A DNA stretch of 64,000 nucleotides from Eledone cirrhosa (Eukaryota): NCBI GenBank assembly GCA_964016885.1, contig OZ024741.1, positions 236,840,001 to 236,904,000 of the forward strand. Direction: 5' to 3'. The position numbers and the translations under genes were made by a program. This document shows positions 17,501-30,679 of the stretch, piece after piece; within the stretch, counting starts at the first letter, position 1; the number at the start of each line of letters is the position of its first letter. The notes beneath the pieces are model-generated. The model had not been told where the DNA came from. It was given only the letters and a program-made list of their open reading frames with translations, and ran no database searches.

Positions 17501-18500
17501 TAGTCAATAGTATGACTGTTAACTCTACACACTTGGTTCACTGCTATGTAGGCAATAGTATGACTGGTAACACTCACTTGATTCACTGCTATGTACTCAA
17601 TAGCATGACTGTTAACACACACACTTGATTCACTGCTATGTAGTCAATAGTATGACTGTTAACACACACACTTGATTCACTTCTATGTTGTCAATAGTAT
17701 GGCTGTTAACACACACACTTGATTCACTGCTATGTAGTCAATATTATGACTGTTAACTCTACACACTTGATTCACTGCTATCTAGTTCATAGTATGACTG
17801 TTAACCTTACACACTTGATTCACTGCTATATACTCAATAGTATGACTGTTAACTCTACACACTTGATTCACTGCTATGTAGTCAATAGTATGACTGTTAA
17901 CTCTACACACTTGATTCACTGCTATGTAGTCAATAGTATCACTGTTAACACACACACTTGATTCACTGCTATGTAGTCAATAGTATGACTGTTAACACAC
18001 ACGCTTGATTAACTGCTATGTAGTCAATAGTATGACTGTTAACTCTACACACGTGATTCAATGCTATGTAGTCAATAGTGTGACTTTTAACACACACACT
18101 TGATTAACTGCTATGTAGTCAATAGCATGACTGTTAACTCTACACACACACTTGATTCACTGTTATGTAGTCAATAGTATGACTGTTAACTCTACACACA
18201 CACTTGATTCACTGCTATGTAGTCAATAGTATAACTGTTAACACACACACTTGATTCACTGCTATGGAGTCAATAGTATGACTGTTAACACACACACTTG
18301 GTTCACTGCTATGTAGTCCATAGTATGACTGTTAACACACACACTTGATTCACTGCTATGTAGTCAATAGTATGACTGTTAACACACAGACTTGATTCAC
18401 TGCTATGTAGTCAATAGTATGACTGTTAATACAAACACTTGATTCCCTGCTATGTAGTCAATAGTATGACTGTTAACACCCACACTTGATTCACTGCTAT
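8600..18500. repeat. Higher-order repeat domain of the satellite (unit 3340-3528 bp)
   Basis: Identical variant blocks recur at 10057/13397, 12152/15492, 10852/14192 and 11611/14951 (all 3340 apart) and at 8624/12152 and 13397/16925 (3528 apart). Confidence 0.9.
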
Positions 18501-19799
18501 GTAGTCAATAGTATGACTGTTAACTCTACACACCTTGTTCACTGCTATGTAGTCAGTTGTATGACTGTTAACACACACATTGATTCACTGCTATGTAGTC
18601 AATAGCATGACTGTTAACACACACACTTGATTCACTGCTATGTAGTCAATAGTATGACTGTTAACACACAGACTTGATTCACTGCTATGTAGTCAATAGT
18701 ATGACTGTTAACACAAACACTTGATTCCCTGCTATGTAGTCAATAGTATGACTGTTAACACACACACTTGATTCACTGCTATGTAGTCAATAGTATGACT
18801 GTTAACTCTACACACCTTGTTCACTGCTATGTAGTCAGTTGTATGACTGTTAACACACACATTGATTCACTGCTATGTAGTCAATAGCATGACTGTTAAC
18901 ACACACACTTGATTCACTGCTATGTAGTCAATAGTATGACTGTTGACACACACACTTGATTCCCTGCTATGTAGTCAATAGTATGACTGTTAACTCTACA
19001 CACACACTTGATTCACTGCTATGTAGTCAATAGTATGACTGTTAACACACACACTTGGTTCACTGCTATGTAGTCAATAGTATGACTGTTAACACACACA
19101 CTTGATTCACTGCTATGTAGTCAATAGTATGACTGTTAACACACAGACTTGATTCACTGCTATGTAGTCAATAGTATGACTGTTAACACAAACACTTGAT
19201 TCCCTGCTATGTAGTCAATAGTATGACTGTTAACACACACACTTGATTCACTGCTATGTAGTCAATAGTATGACTGTTAACTCTACACACCTTGTTCACT
19301 GCTATGTAGTCAGTTGTATGACTGTTAACACACACATTGATTCACTGCTATGTAGTCAATAGCATGACTGTTAACACACACACTTGATTCACTGCTATGT
19401 AGTCAATAGTATGACTGTTGACACACACACTTGATTCCCTGCTATGTGGTCAATAGTATGACTGTTAACACACACATTTGATTAACTGTTATGTAGTCAA
19501 TAGTATGACTGTTACCTCTACACACTTCGTTCACTGCTATGTACTACATAGTATGACTATTAACTCTACACACTTGATTCACTGCTATGTAGTCAAAAGA
19601 AAGACTGTTAACACACACACTTGATTCACTGCTATGAAGTCAATAGTATGACTGTTAACTCTACACACTTGATTCACTGCTATCTAGTTCATAGTATGAC
19701 TGTTAACCTTACACACTTGATTCACTGCTATGTACTCAATAGTATGACTGTTAACTCTACACACATGATTCACTGCTATGTAGTCAATAGTATGACTGT

Positions 19800-22700
19800 T
19801 AACACACAGACTTGATTCACTGCTATGTAGTCAATAGTATGACTGTTAACACAAACACTTGATTCCCTGCTATGTAGTCAATAGTATGACTGTTAACACA
19901 CACACTTGATTCACTGCTATGTAGTCAATAGTATGACTGCTAACACACACGCTTGATTCACTGCTATGTAGTCAATAGTATGACTGTTAACACACACACT
20001 TGATTCACTGCTATATAGTCAATAGTATGACTGTTAACTCTACACACTTGATTCACTGCTATGTAGTCAATAGTATGACTGTTAACACACACTTGATTCA
20101 CTGCTATGTAGTCAATAGCATGACTGTTAACACACACACTTGATTCACTGCTATGTAGTCAATAGTATGACTGTTAACTCTACACACGTTGTTCACTGCT
20201 ATGTAGTCAGTTGTATGACTGTTAACACACACACACTTGATTCACTGCTATGTAGTCAATAGTATGACTGTTAACACACACTTGATTCACTGCTATGTAG
20301 TCAATAGCATGACTGTTAACACACACACACTTGATTCACTGCTATGTAGTCAATAGTATGACTGTTGACACACACACTTGATTCCCTGCTATGTGGTCAA
20401 TAGTATGACTGTTACCTCTACACACTTCGTTCACTGCTATGTAGTCAATAGTATGACTATTAACTCTACACACTTGGTTCACTGCTATGTAGTCAATAGT
20501 ATAACTGTTAACTCTACACACTTGATTCACTGCTATGTAGTCAATAGTATGACTGTTAACACACACACTTGATTCACTGCTATGTAGTCAATAGTATGAC
20601 TGTTAACTCTACACACCTGATTTACTGCTATGCAGTCAATTGTATGACTGTTAACACACACATTGATTTACTGTTATGTAGTCAATAGAATGACTGTTAA
20701 GTCTACACACTTGATTCACTGCTATGTAGTCAATAGTATGACTATTAACTATACACACTTGATTCACTGCTATGTAGTCAATAGTATGACTGTTAACTCT
20801 ACACACGTGATTCACTGCTATGTAGTCAGTTGTATGACTGTTAACACACACATTGATTCACTGCTATGTAGTCAATAGCATGACTGTTAACACACACACT
20901 TGATTCACTGCTATGTAGTCAATAGTATGACTGTTAAATCTACACACTTGATTCACTGTTATGTAGTCAATAGTATGACTGTTAACACACACACTTGAAT
21001 CACTGCTATGTAGTCGATAGTATGACTGTTATCTCTACACATTTATTCACTGCTATGTAGTCAATAGTATGACTGTTAACTCTACACACTTGATTCACTG
21101 CTATGTAGTCAATAGTATGACTGTTAACACTCTCTTGATTTACTGCTATGTAGTCAATAATATGACTGTTAACACACACACTTGATTCACTGCTATGTAG
21201 TCAATAGTATGACTGTTAACACACACACTTGATTCACTGCTATGTAGTCAAAAGAATGACTGTTAACACACACACTTGATTCACTGCTATGAAATCAATA
21301 GTATGACTGTTAACTCTACACACTTGGTTCACTGCTATGTATTCAATAGTATGACTGGTAACGCTCACTTGAGTCACTGCTATGTACTTAATAGCATGAC
21401 TGTTAACACACACACTTGATTCACTTCTATGTTGTCAATAGTATGGCTGTTAACACACACACTTGATTCACTGCTATGTAGTCAATATTATGACTGTTAA
21501 CTCTACACACTTGATTCACTGCTATCTAGTTCATAGTATGACTGTTAACCTTACACACTTGATTCACTGCTATGTAGTCAATAGTATGACTGTTAACTCT
21601 ACACACTTGATTCACTGCTATGTAGTCAATAGTATCACTGTTAACACACACACTTGATTCACTGCTATGTAGTCAATAGTATGACTGTTAACACACACAC
21701 TTGATTTACTGCTATGTAGTCAATAGTAAGACTGTTAACACACACGCTTGATTCACTGCTATGTAGTCAATAGTATGACTGTTAACTCTACACACGTGAT
21801 TCAATGCTATGTAGTCAATAGTATGACTTTTAACACACACACTTGATTAACTGCTATGTAGTCATTAGCATGACTGTTAACTCTACACACAAACTTGATT
21901 CACTGCTATGTAGTCAATAGTATGACTGTCAACTCTACACACACACTTGATTCACTGCTATGTAGTCAATAGTATGACTGTTAACACACACACTTGATTC
22001 GCTGCTATGTAGTCAATAGTATGACTGTTAACACACACACTTGGTTCACTGCTATGTAGTCCATAGTATGACTGTTAACACACACACTTGATTCACTGCT
22101 ATGTAGTCAATAGTATGACTGTTAACACACAGACTTGATTCACTGCTATGTAGTCAATAGTATGACTGTTAACACAAACACTTGATTCCCTGTTATGTAG
22201 TCAATAGTATGACTGTTAACACACACACTTGATTCACTGCTATGTAGTCAATAGTATGACTGTTAACTCTACACACACACACTTGATTCACTGCTATGTA
22301 GTCAATAGTATGACTGTTAACACACACACTTGATTCACTGCTATGTAGTCAATAGTATGACTGTTAACACACACGCTTGATTCACTGCTATGTAGTCAAT
22401 AGTATGACTGTTAACTCTACACACTTGATTCACTGCTATGTAGTCAATAGTATGACTGTTAACACACACACTTGATTCACTGCTATATAGTCAATAGTAT
22501 GACTGTTAACTCTACACACTTGATTCACTGCTATGTAGTCACTAGTATGACTGTTAACACACACTTGATTCACTGCTGTGTAGTCAATAGTATGACTGTT
22601 AACTCTACACACTTGATTCACTGCTATGTAGTCAATAGTCTGACTGTTAACACACACACTTGATTCACTGCTATGTAGTCAATAGTATTACTATTAACAC

Positions 22701-25700
22701 ACACAGACTTGATTCACTGCTATGTAGACAATAGTATGACTGTTAACACAAACACTTGATTCCCTGCTATGTAGTCAATAGTATGACTGTTAACACACAC
22801 ACTTGATTCACTGCTATGTAGTCAATAGTATGACTGCTAACACACACGCTTGATTCACTGCTATGTAGTCAATAGTATGACTGTTAACACACACACTTGA
22901 TTCACTGCTATATAGTCAATAGTATGACTGTTAACTCTACACACTTGATTCACTGCTATGTAGTCAATAGTATGACTGTTAACACACACTTGATTCACTA
23001 TTATGTAGTCAATAGCATGACTGTTAACACACACACTTGATTCACTGCTATGTAGTCAATAGTATGACTGTTAACTCTACACACGTTGTTCACTGCTATG
23101 TAGTCAGTTGTATGACTGTTAACACACACACACTTGATTCACTGCTATGTAGTCAATAGTATGACTGTTAACACACACTTGATTCACTGCTATGTAGTCA
23201 ATAGCATGACTGTTAACACACACACACTTGATTCACTGCTATGTAGTCAATAGTATGACTGTTGACACACACACTTGATTCCCTGCTATGTGGTCAATAG
23301 TATGACTGTTACCTCTACACACTTCGTTCACTGCTATGTAGTCAATAGTATGACTATTAACTCTACACACTTGGTTCACTGCTATGTAGTCAATAGTATA
23401 ACTGTTAACTCAACACATTTGATTCACTGCTATGTAGTCAATAGTATGACTGTTAACACACACACTTGATTCACTGCTATGTAGTCAATAGTATGACTGT
23501 TAACTCTACACACCTGATTTACTGCTATGCAGTCAATTGTATGACTGTTAACACACACATTGATTTACTGTTATGTAGTCAATAGAATGACTGTTAAGTC
23601 TACACACTTGATTCACTGCTATGTAGTCAATAGTATGACTATTAACTATACACACTTGATTCACTGCTATGTAGTCAATAGAATGACTGTTAAGTCTACA
23701 CACTTCATTCACTACTATGTAGTCAATAGTATGACTATTAACTATACACACTTGATTCACTGCTATGTAGTCAATAGTATGACTGTTAACTCTACACACG
23801 TGATTCACTGCTATGTAGTCAGTTGTATGACTGTTAACACACACATTGATTCACTGCTATGTAGTCGATAGTATGACTGTTATCTCTACACATTTATTCA
23901 CTGCTATGTAGTCAATAGTATGACTGTTAACTCTACACACTTGATTCACTGCTATGTAGTCAATAGTATGACTGTTAACACTCTCTTGATTTACTGCTAT
24001 GTAGTCAATAATATGACTGTTAACACACACACTTGATTCACTGCTATGTAGTCAATAGTATGACTGTTAACACACACACTTGATTCACTGCTATGTAGTC
24101 AAAAGAATGACTGTTAACACACACACTTGATTCACTGCTATGAAATCAATAGTATGACTGTTAACTCTACACACTTGGTTCACTGCTATGTATTCAATAG
24201 TATGACTGGTAACACTCACTTGATTCACTGCTATGTACTTAATAGCATGACTGTTAACACACACACTTGATTCACTTCTATGTTGTCAATAGTATGGCTG
24301 TTAACACACACACTTGATTCACTGCTATGTAGTCAATATTATGACTGTTAACTCTACACACTTGATTCACTGCTATCTAGTTCATAGTATGACTGTTAAC
24401 CTTACACACTTGATTCACTGCTATGTAGTCAATAGTATGACTGTTAACTCTACACACTTGATTCACTGCTATGTAGTCAATAGTATCACTGTTAACACAC
24501 ACACTTGATTCACTGCTATGTAGTCAATAGTATGACTGTTAACACACACACTTGATTTACTGCTATGTAGTCAATAGTAAGACTGTTAACACACACGCTT
24601 GATTCACTGCTATGTAGTCAATAGTATGACTGTTAACTCTACACACGTGATTCAATGCTATGTAGTCAATAGTATGACTTTTAACACACACACTTGATTA
24701 ACTGCTATGTAGTCATTAGCATGACTGTTAACTCTACACACAAACTTGATTCACTGCTATGTAGTCAATAGTATGACTGTCAACTCTACACACACACTTG
24801 ATTCACTGCTATGTAGTCAATAGTATGACTGTTAACACACACACTTGATTCACTGCTATGTAGTCAATAGTATGACTGTTAACACACACACTTGGTTCAC
24901 TGCTATGTAGTCCATAGTATGACTGTTAACACACACACTTGATTCACTGCTATGTAGTCAATAGTATGACTGTTAACACACAGACTTGATTCACTGCTAT
25001 GTAGTCAATAGTATGACTGTTAACACAAACACTTGATTCCCTGCTATGTAGTCAATAGTATGACTGTTAACACACACACTTGATTCACTGCTATGTAGTC
25101 AATAGTATGACTGTTAACTCTACACACACTTGATTCACTGCTATGTAGTCAATAGTATGACTGTTAACACACACACTTGGTTCACTGCTATGTAGTCAAT
25201 AGTATGACTGTTAACACACACACTTGATTCACTGCTATGTAGTCAATAGTATGACTGTTAACACACACACTTGATTCACTGCTATGTAGTCATTAGTATG
25301 ACTGTTAACACACACGCTTGATTCACTGCTATGTAGTCAATAGTATGACTGTTAACTCTACACACTTGATTCACTGCTATGTAGTCAATAGTAAGACTGT
25401 TAACACACACACTTGATTCACTGCTATATAGTCAATAGTATGACTGTTAACTCTACACACTTGATTCACTGCTATGTAGTCAATAGTATGACTGTTAACA
25501 CACACTTGATTCACTGCTGTGTAGTCAATAGTATGACTGTTAACTCTACACACTTGATTCACTGCTATGTAGTCAATAGTCTGACTGTTAACACACACAC
25601 TTGATTCACTGCTATGTAGTCAATAGTATGACTATTAACACACACAGACTTGATTCACTGCTATGTAGACAATAGTATGACTGTTAACTCTACACACTTG
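19800..25700. repeat. Second higher-order duplication of the satellite (about 2.85-2.94 kb)
   Basis: Variant blocks recur at 20378/23275 and 20651/23548 (2897 apart), 21463/24314 (2851) and 22436/25377 (2941). Confidence 0.85.
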
Positions 25701-28700
25701 ATTCACTGCTATGTAGTCAATAGTATGACTGTTAACACACACACTTGATTCACTGCTATGTAGTCAAAAGAATGACTGTTAACACACCCACTTGATTCAC
25801 TGCTATGTAGTCAATAGTATGACTGTTAACTCTACACACTTGGTTCACTGCTATGTAGTCAATAGTATGACTGTTAACTCTACACAATTGATTAACTGCT
25901 ATGTAGTCAATATTATGACTGTTAACTCTACACACTTGATTCACTGCTATCTAGTTCATAGTATGACTGTTAACCCTACACACTTGATTCACTGCTATGT
26001 AGTCAATAGTATGACTGTTAACTCTACACACTTGATTCACTGCTATGTAGTCAATAGTATGACTGTTAACTCTACACACTTGATTCTCAGCTATGTAGTC
26101 AATAGTATGACTGTTAACACACACACTTGATTCACTGCTATGTAGTCGATAGTATGACTGTTAACACACAGACTTGATTCACTGCTATGTAGTCAATAGT
26201 ATGACTGCCATCACACACGCTTGATTCACTGCTATGTAGTCAATAGTATGACTGTTAACACACACACTTGGTTCACTGCTATGTAGTCAATAGTATGACT
26301 GTTAACACACACACTTGATTCACTGCTATGTAGTCAATAGTATCACTGTTAACACACAGACTTGATTCACTGCTATGTAGTCAATAGTATGACTGTTAAC
26401 ACAAACACTTGATTCCCTGCTATGTAGTCAATAGTATGACTGTTAACACACACACTTGATTTACTGCTATGTAGTCAATAGTATGACTGTTAACACACAC
26501 GCTTGATTCACTGCTATGTAGTCAATAGTATGACTGTTAACTCTACACACTTGATTCACTGCTATGTAGTCAATAGTATGACTGTTAACACACACACTTG
26601 ATTCACTGCTATATAGTCAATAGTATGACTGTTAACTCTACACACTTGATTCACTGCTATGTAGTCAATAGTATGACTGTTAACACACCCTTGATTCACT
26701 GCTGTGTAGTCAATAGTATGACTGTTAACTCTACACACTTGATTCACTGCTATGTAGTCAATAGTCTGACTGTTAACACACACACTTGATTCACTGCTAT
26801 GTAGTCAAAAGAATAACTGTTAACACACACACTTGATTCACTGCTACGTAGTCAATAGTATGACTGTTAACTCTACACACTTGGTTCACTGCTATGTAGT
26901 CAATAGTATGACTGGTAACACACACTTTATTCACTGCTATGTACTCAATAGCATGACTGTTAACACACAGACTTGATTCACTGCTATGTAGTCAATAGTA
27001 TCACTGTTAACACACACACTTGATTCACTTCTATGTTGTCAATATTATGACTGTTAACTCTACACACTTGATTCACTGCTATGTAGTCAATAGTATGACT
27101 GTTAACACACACACTTGATTCACTTCTATGTTGTCAATATTATGACTGTTAACTCTACACACTTGATTCACTGCTATGTAGTCAATAGTATGACTGTTAA
27201 TTCTACACACTTGATTCACTGCTATGTAGTCAATAGTATGACTGTTAACACACAGACTTGATTCACTGCTATGTAGTCAATAGTATGACTGTTAACACAC
27301 ACGCTTGATTCACTGCTATATAGTCAATAGTATGACTGTTAACTCTACACACTTGATTCACTGCTATGTAGTCAATAGTATTACTTTTAACACACAGACT
27401 TGATTCACTGCCATGTAGTCAATAGCATGACTGTTAACTCTACACACACACTTGATTCACTGCTATGTAGTCAATAGTATGACTGTTAACTCTACACACA
27501 GACTTGATTCACTGCTATGTAGTCAATAGTATGACTGTTAACACACACACTTGATTCACTGCTATGTAGTCAATAGTATGACTGTTAACTCTACACACAC
27601 AATTGATTCACTGCTATGTAGTCAATAGTATGACTGTTAACACACACACTTGGTTCACTGCTATGTAGTCAATAGTATGACTGTTAACACACACGCTTGA
27701 TTCACTGCTATGTAGTCAGTAGTATGACTGTTAACACACACACACTTGATTCACTGCTATGTAGTCAATAGTATGACTGTTAACTCTACACACTTGATTC
27801 TTTGCTATGTAGTCAATAGTATGACTTTTAACACACACACTTGATTCACTGCTATGTAGTCAATAGCATGACTGTTAACTCTACACACACACTTGATTCA
27901 CTGCTATGTAGTCAATCGTATGACTGTTAACTCTACACACACACTTGATTCACTGCTATGTAGTCAATAGTATGACTGTTAACACACACACTTGATTCAC
28001 TGCTATGTAGTCAATAGTATGACTGTTAACACACACTTTGTTCACTGCTATGTAGTTAATAGTATGACTGTTAACACACAGACTTGATTCACAGCTATGT
28101 CTTCAATAGTATGACTGTTAACACAAACACTTGATTCCCTGCTATGTAGTCAATAGTATGACTGTTAACACACACACTTGATTCACTGCTATGTAGTCAA
28201 TAGTATAACTGTTAACTCTACACACACACTTGATTCACTGCTATGTAGTCAATAGTATGACTGTTAACACACACACTTGATTCACTGCTATGTTGTCAAT
28301 AGTATGACTGTTAACACACACACTTGGTTCACTGCTATTTAGTCAATAGTATGACTGTTAACACACACACTTGATTCACTGCTATGTAGTCAATAGTATG
28401 ACTTTTAACACACAGACTTGATTCACTGCTCTGTAGTCAATAGTATGACTGTTAATACACACACTTGATTCCCTGCTATGTAGTCAATAGTATGACTGTT
28501 AACACACACACTTGATTCACTGCTATGTAGTCAATAGTATGACTGTTAACACACAGACTTGATTCACTGCTATGTAGTCAATAGTATGACTGTTAACATA
28601 CACACTTGATTCACTGCTATGTAGTCAATAGTATGACTGTTCACTCTACACACTTGATTCACTGCTATGTAGTCAATAGTATGACTGTTAACACACACAC

Positions 28701-28834
28701 TTGATTCACTGCTATGTAGTCAATAGTATGACTGTTAACACACACACTTGATTCACTGCTATGTAGTCCATAGTATGACTGTTAACTCTACACACACACT
28801 TGATTCACTGCTATGTAGTCAATAGTTTGACTAT

Positions 28835-28877
28835 TCTGACTCTGAAGAAGTCATGAAGGCTTTAAAACGTTAGCAGA
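28835..28877 (+). ncRNA. Degenerate type I minimal hammerhead ribozyme motif (Penelope pLTR-like) at the satellite edge
   Basis: TCTGACT-CTGAAGA-AGTCATGAAGGCTTT-AAAA-CG-TT-AGCAGA. Stem I tctg(a)ct/agcaga, stem II agtc/ggct, GAAA mutated to AAAA, AATAAA at 28917. Confidence 0.5.
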
Positions 28878-28935
28878 TTTAGGGACACTACTGTTCCAAA
28901 CTAAGCACAAAGAACTAATAAAGAAACACGAAAAA

Positions 28936-29090
28936 TCTTCTTCTTCTTCTTCTTCTTCTTCTTCTTCTTCTTCTTCTCCTTCTTCTTCTTCTTCTTCTTC
29001 TTCTTGTTCTGTTTCTTCTTCTTCTTCTTCTTCTTCTTCTTCTTCTTCTTCTTCTTCTTCTTCTTCTTCTTCGTCTCCTCCTCCTCCCTC
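28936..29090. repeat. (TTC)n microsatellite, the expanded (GAA)n 3' tail of the adjacent minus-strand RTE
   Basis: Nearly pure TTC run directly downstream of the RTE stop codon on the minus strand. Confidence 0.95.
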
Positions 29091-29665
29091 GCCCACTTAT
29101 TCCTGAGAGGCTCGTGGGAGCAGAGTCCTCAAATACTCCTTCCAACGAGTCCTGTCAAAACAACAGTCTCCAATTGATCCGGCTGGAACCCCAAATGTGA
29201 CCAGCCAAGCTCATGGATGTTATCCAACCATCTTGCTTGGGGTCTACCTTTGGGTCTCCTGCTGGTTGGTTTTGCCCGTCAAATCTGTCCAGTGATTCTT
29301 TCCTGAAACATTATAACCACATGCATATATTAACAGAGCTGTTGTCTCTTAATTCAGAGAAATAGCCGCTCTACCTGAAGTGACTCTCTGAACTCCCAGC
29401 TACGTACTCTATCGAGTACCGTTTCTCCGAAGACCTTTTCGAGGAACCCCATTTTGTTTGCTTGTATTCATGATCGTATTCTTTCGGTCACTACCCAAGA
29501 TTCATGACCCTAGGTAAGGGTCGGCACGAATACCGAATTGAAGATAACGATTTTGGCTTTTACGCCTTCCTCCTTTCTTCTGATTACTGACTGCTGAAGC
29601 TGGCGCATTACTGCCCCTGCTCCTGCAATTCTTGCAATTAATTCTGCCTCCTGGATTCCATCACA
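29091..29665 (-). mobile_element. RTE-clade LINE 3' fragment (degenerate ORF C-terminus)
   Basis: Minus-strand translation SVFVPTLT*GHESWVVTERIRS...RRPKGRPQARWLDNI...DRTRWKEYL matches the RTE C-terminal motifs (YGxExW, RPxGRPxxRW). Confidence 0.9.
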
Positions 29666-29689
29666 AAACCTCTATAATAAAATTTATAA

Positions 29690-30662
29690 AATTGGAGAAC
29701 AGTCGTGTTGTCTATATAAAATGTGAGCTTGTGGATGCTAGTGTGTGACGTTCTGGTCAGGGTGGTTTTGGCATGTGGTGGAGTGGACACTACATGGGTG
29801 ATGAGAGAAGGAGAGTTGAGTGAGTTAGGAGTGTTCGGGGGAGCTGGTATGACTTCCGCAAGCTCCATTGAGCAGAGACCATTGTAGTAGCGGTAAAAGG
29901 TACAAGAAGACAGTCTGGAGAATATCAGAGTGACTTTAAACCGATTAGACGTGAGGTTTTTTGTTTTAGTTTTTTTATGTGTGGTCTAGGATGCCAGTGT
30001 GAGCAAATAAAAGCACCGCTCCAGATATAGGAGCGATACTCCATTGTAGGTCTCACTTGAGATTTGTAAACGGTTATTAGTTGTTGGGGGTTGAAATATT
30101 TTCTTGTCCCGAAGAGAAGGGCCAGTCGTTGGGATGAGGTTCTAGTTATGTTACAGTTGTGTGTTCTCCATGAGAGATCCTCAGTGATCACGAGGGCTAG
30201 AGTCGTGAGCTGTTCATGTTTAAGAAGGATGAGGTGAAATGGTGTTTTCTTGAGATGAACAGTATTTGTTTTGTTGTTGTTTTTTATTTTATTTTATTAT
30301 TATTATAATTATTATTTTTGTTGTTGCTGCTGCTGAAAGAGATAATGTTGGCATAGTCTCATTGGAGGACGTTTTCCAGGCCAGGACTCTGCTCCTGGAA
30401 TCAGTGGTGGCTGAGTGTGAGGTGATGGCACTTGGTTTGGCAAGGTTATAAATGAAGGGAGGTCGTTGTAATCTACATAAGAGTGAGCTTTGTTGGACGT
30501 GATGGCTAGTTTGTAGGTCATTGATCATTGATGTAGAGAAAGAATAGTGCGAGGGATAGAACCGAACCCTGGGTCACAACAGAGTTGATAAGAGTGTGTT
30601 TGTAAAAGTGAAAGCACCGTCAACACAAACCACTATAGTGCGATCAGATAGAAGCTACTGAT
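29690..30662 (-). mobile_element. CR1/L2/Jockey-group LINE RT 3' fragment, degenerate
   Basis: Motifs QGSVLS, INDL, HSYVDY (YADD-like), LSWRTH and YKSQVRPTMEY. Interrupted by a simple repeat at about 30266-30335. Confidence 0.8.
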
Positions 30663-30679
30663 CCAAAACATGACAGACA

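Larger units (their letters stand above)
1..28833. repeat. Tandem satellite array, 47/48-bp monomer TTGATTCACTGCTATGTAGTCAATAGTATGACTGTTAAC + (ACACACAC | TCTACACAC), roughly 600 copies; left edge lies outside the window
   Basis: Continuous period-47/48 repeat read directly. The linker varies by CA steps (monomers about 45-52 bp). Array ends at ...AATAGTTTGACTA near 28833. Copy number estimated as length/47.5. Confidence 0.99.

Noticed and set aside
1466-26789. Dozens of Cys/His-rich 16-aa-repeat ORFs on both strands
   Set aside because: They arise wherever several 48-bp monomers are adjacent and break at each 47-bp monomer, so they are satellite artefacts.
1-28833. CRISPR-like constant repeat with variable spacer
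   Set aside because: Spacers are only 6-13-nt CA variants, not unique sequences. No cas genes, and the context is eukaryotic.
1-28833. Ribozyme inside the satellite monomer (as in newt or schistosome satellites), or an AP-1 site array
   Set aside because: No CUGANGA/GAAA core on either strand. TGATTCA is only a one-mismatch AP-1 match with no further support.
28851-29145. Poly-Glu and poly-Arg ORFs
   Set aside because: Translations of the (GAA)n tail.
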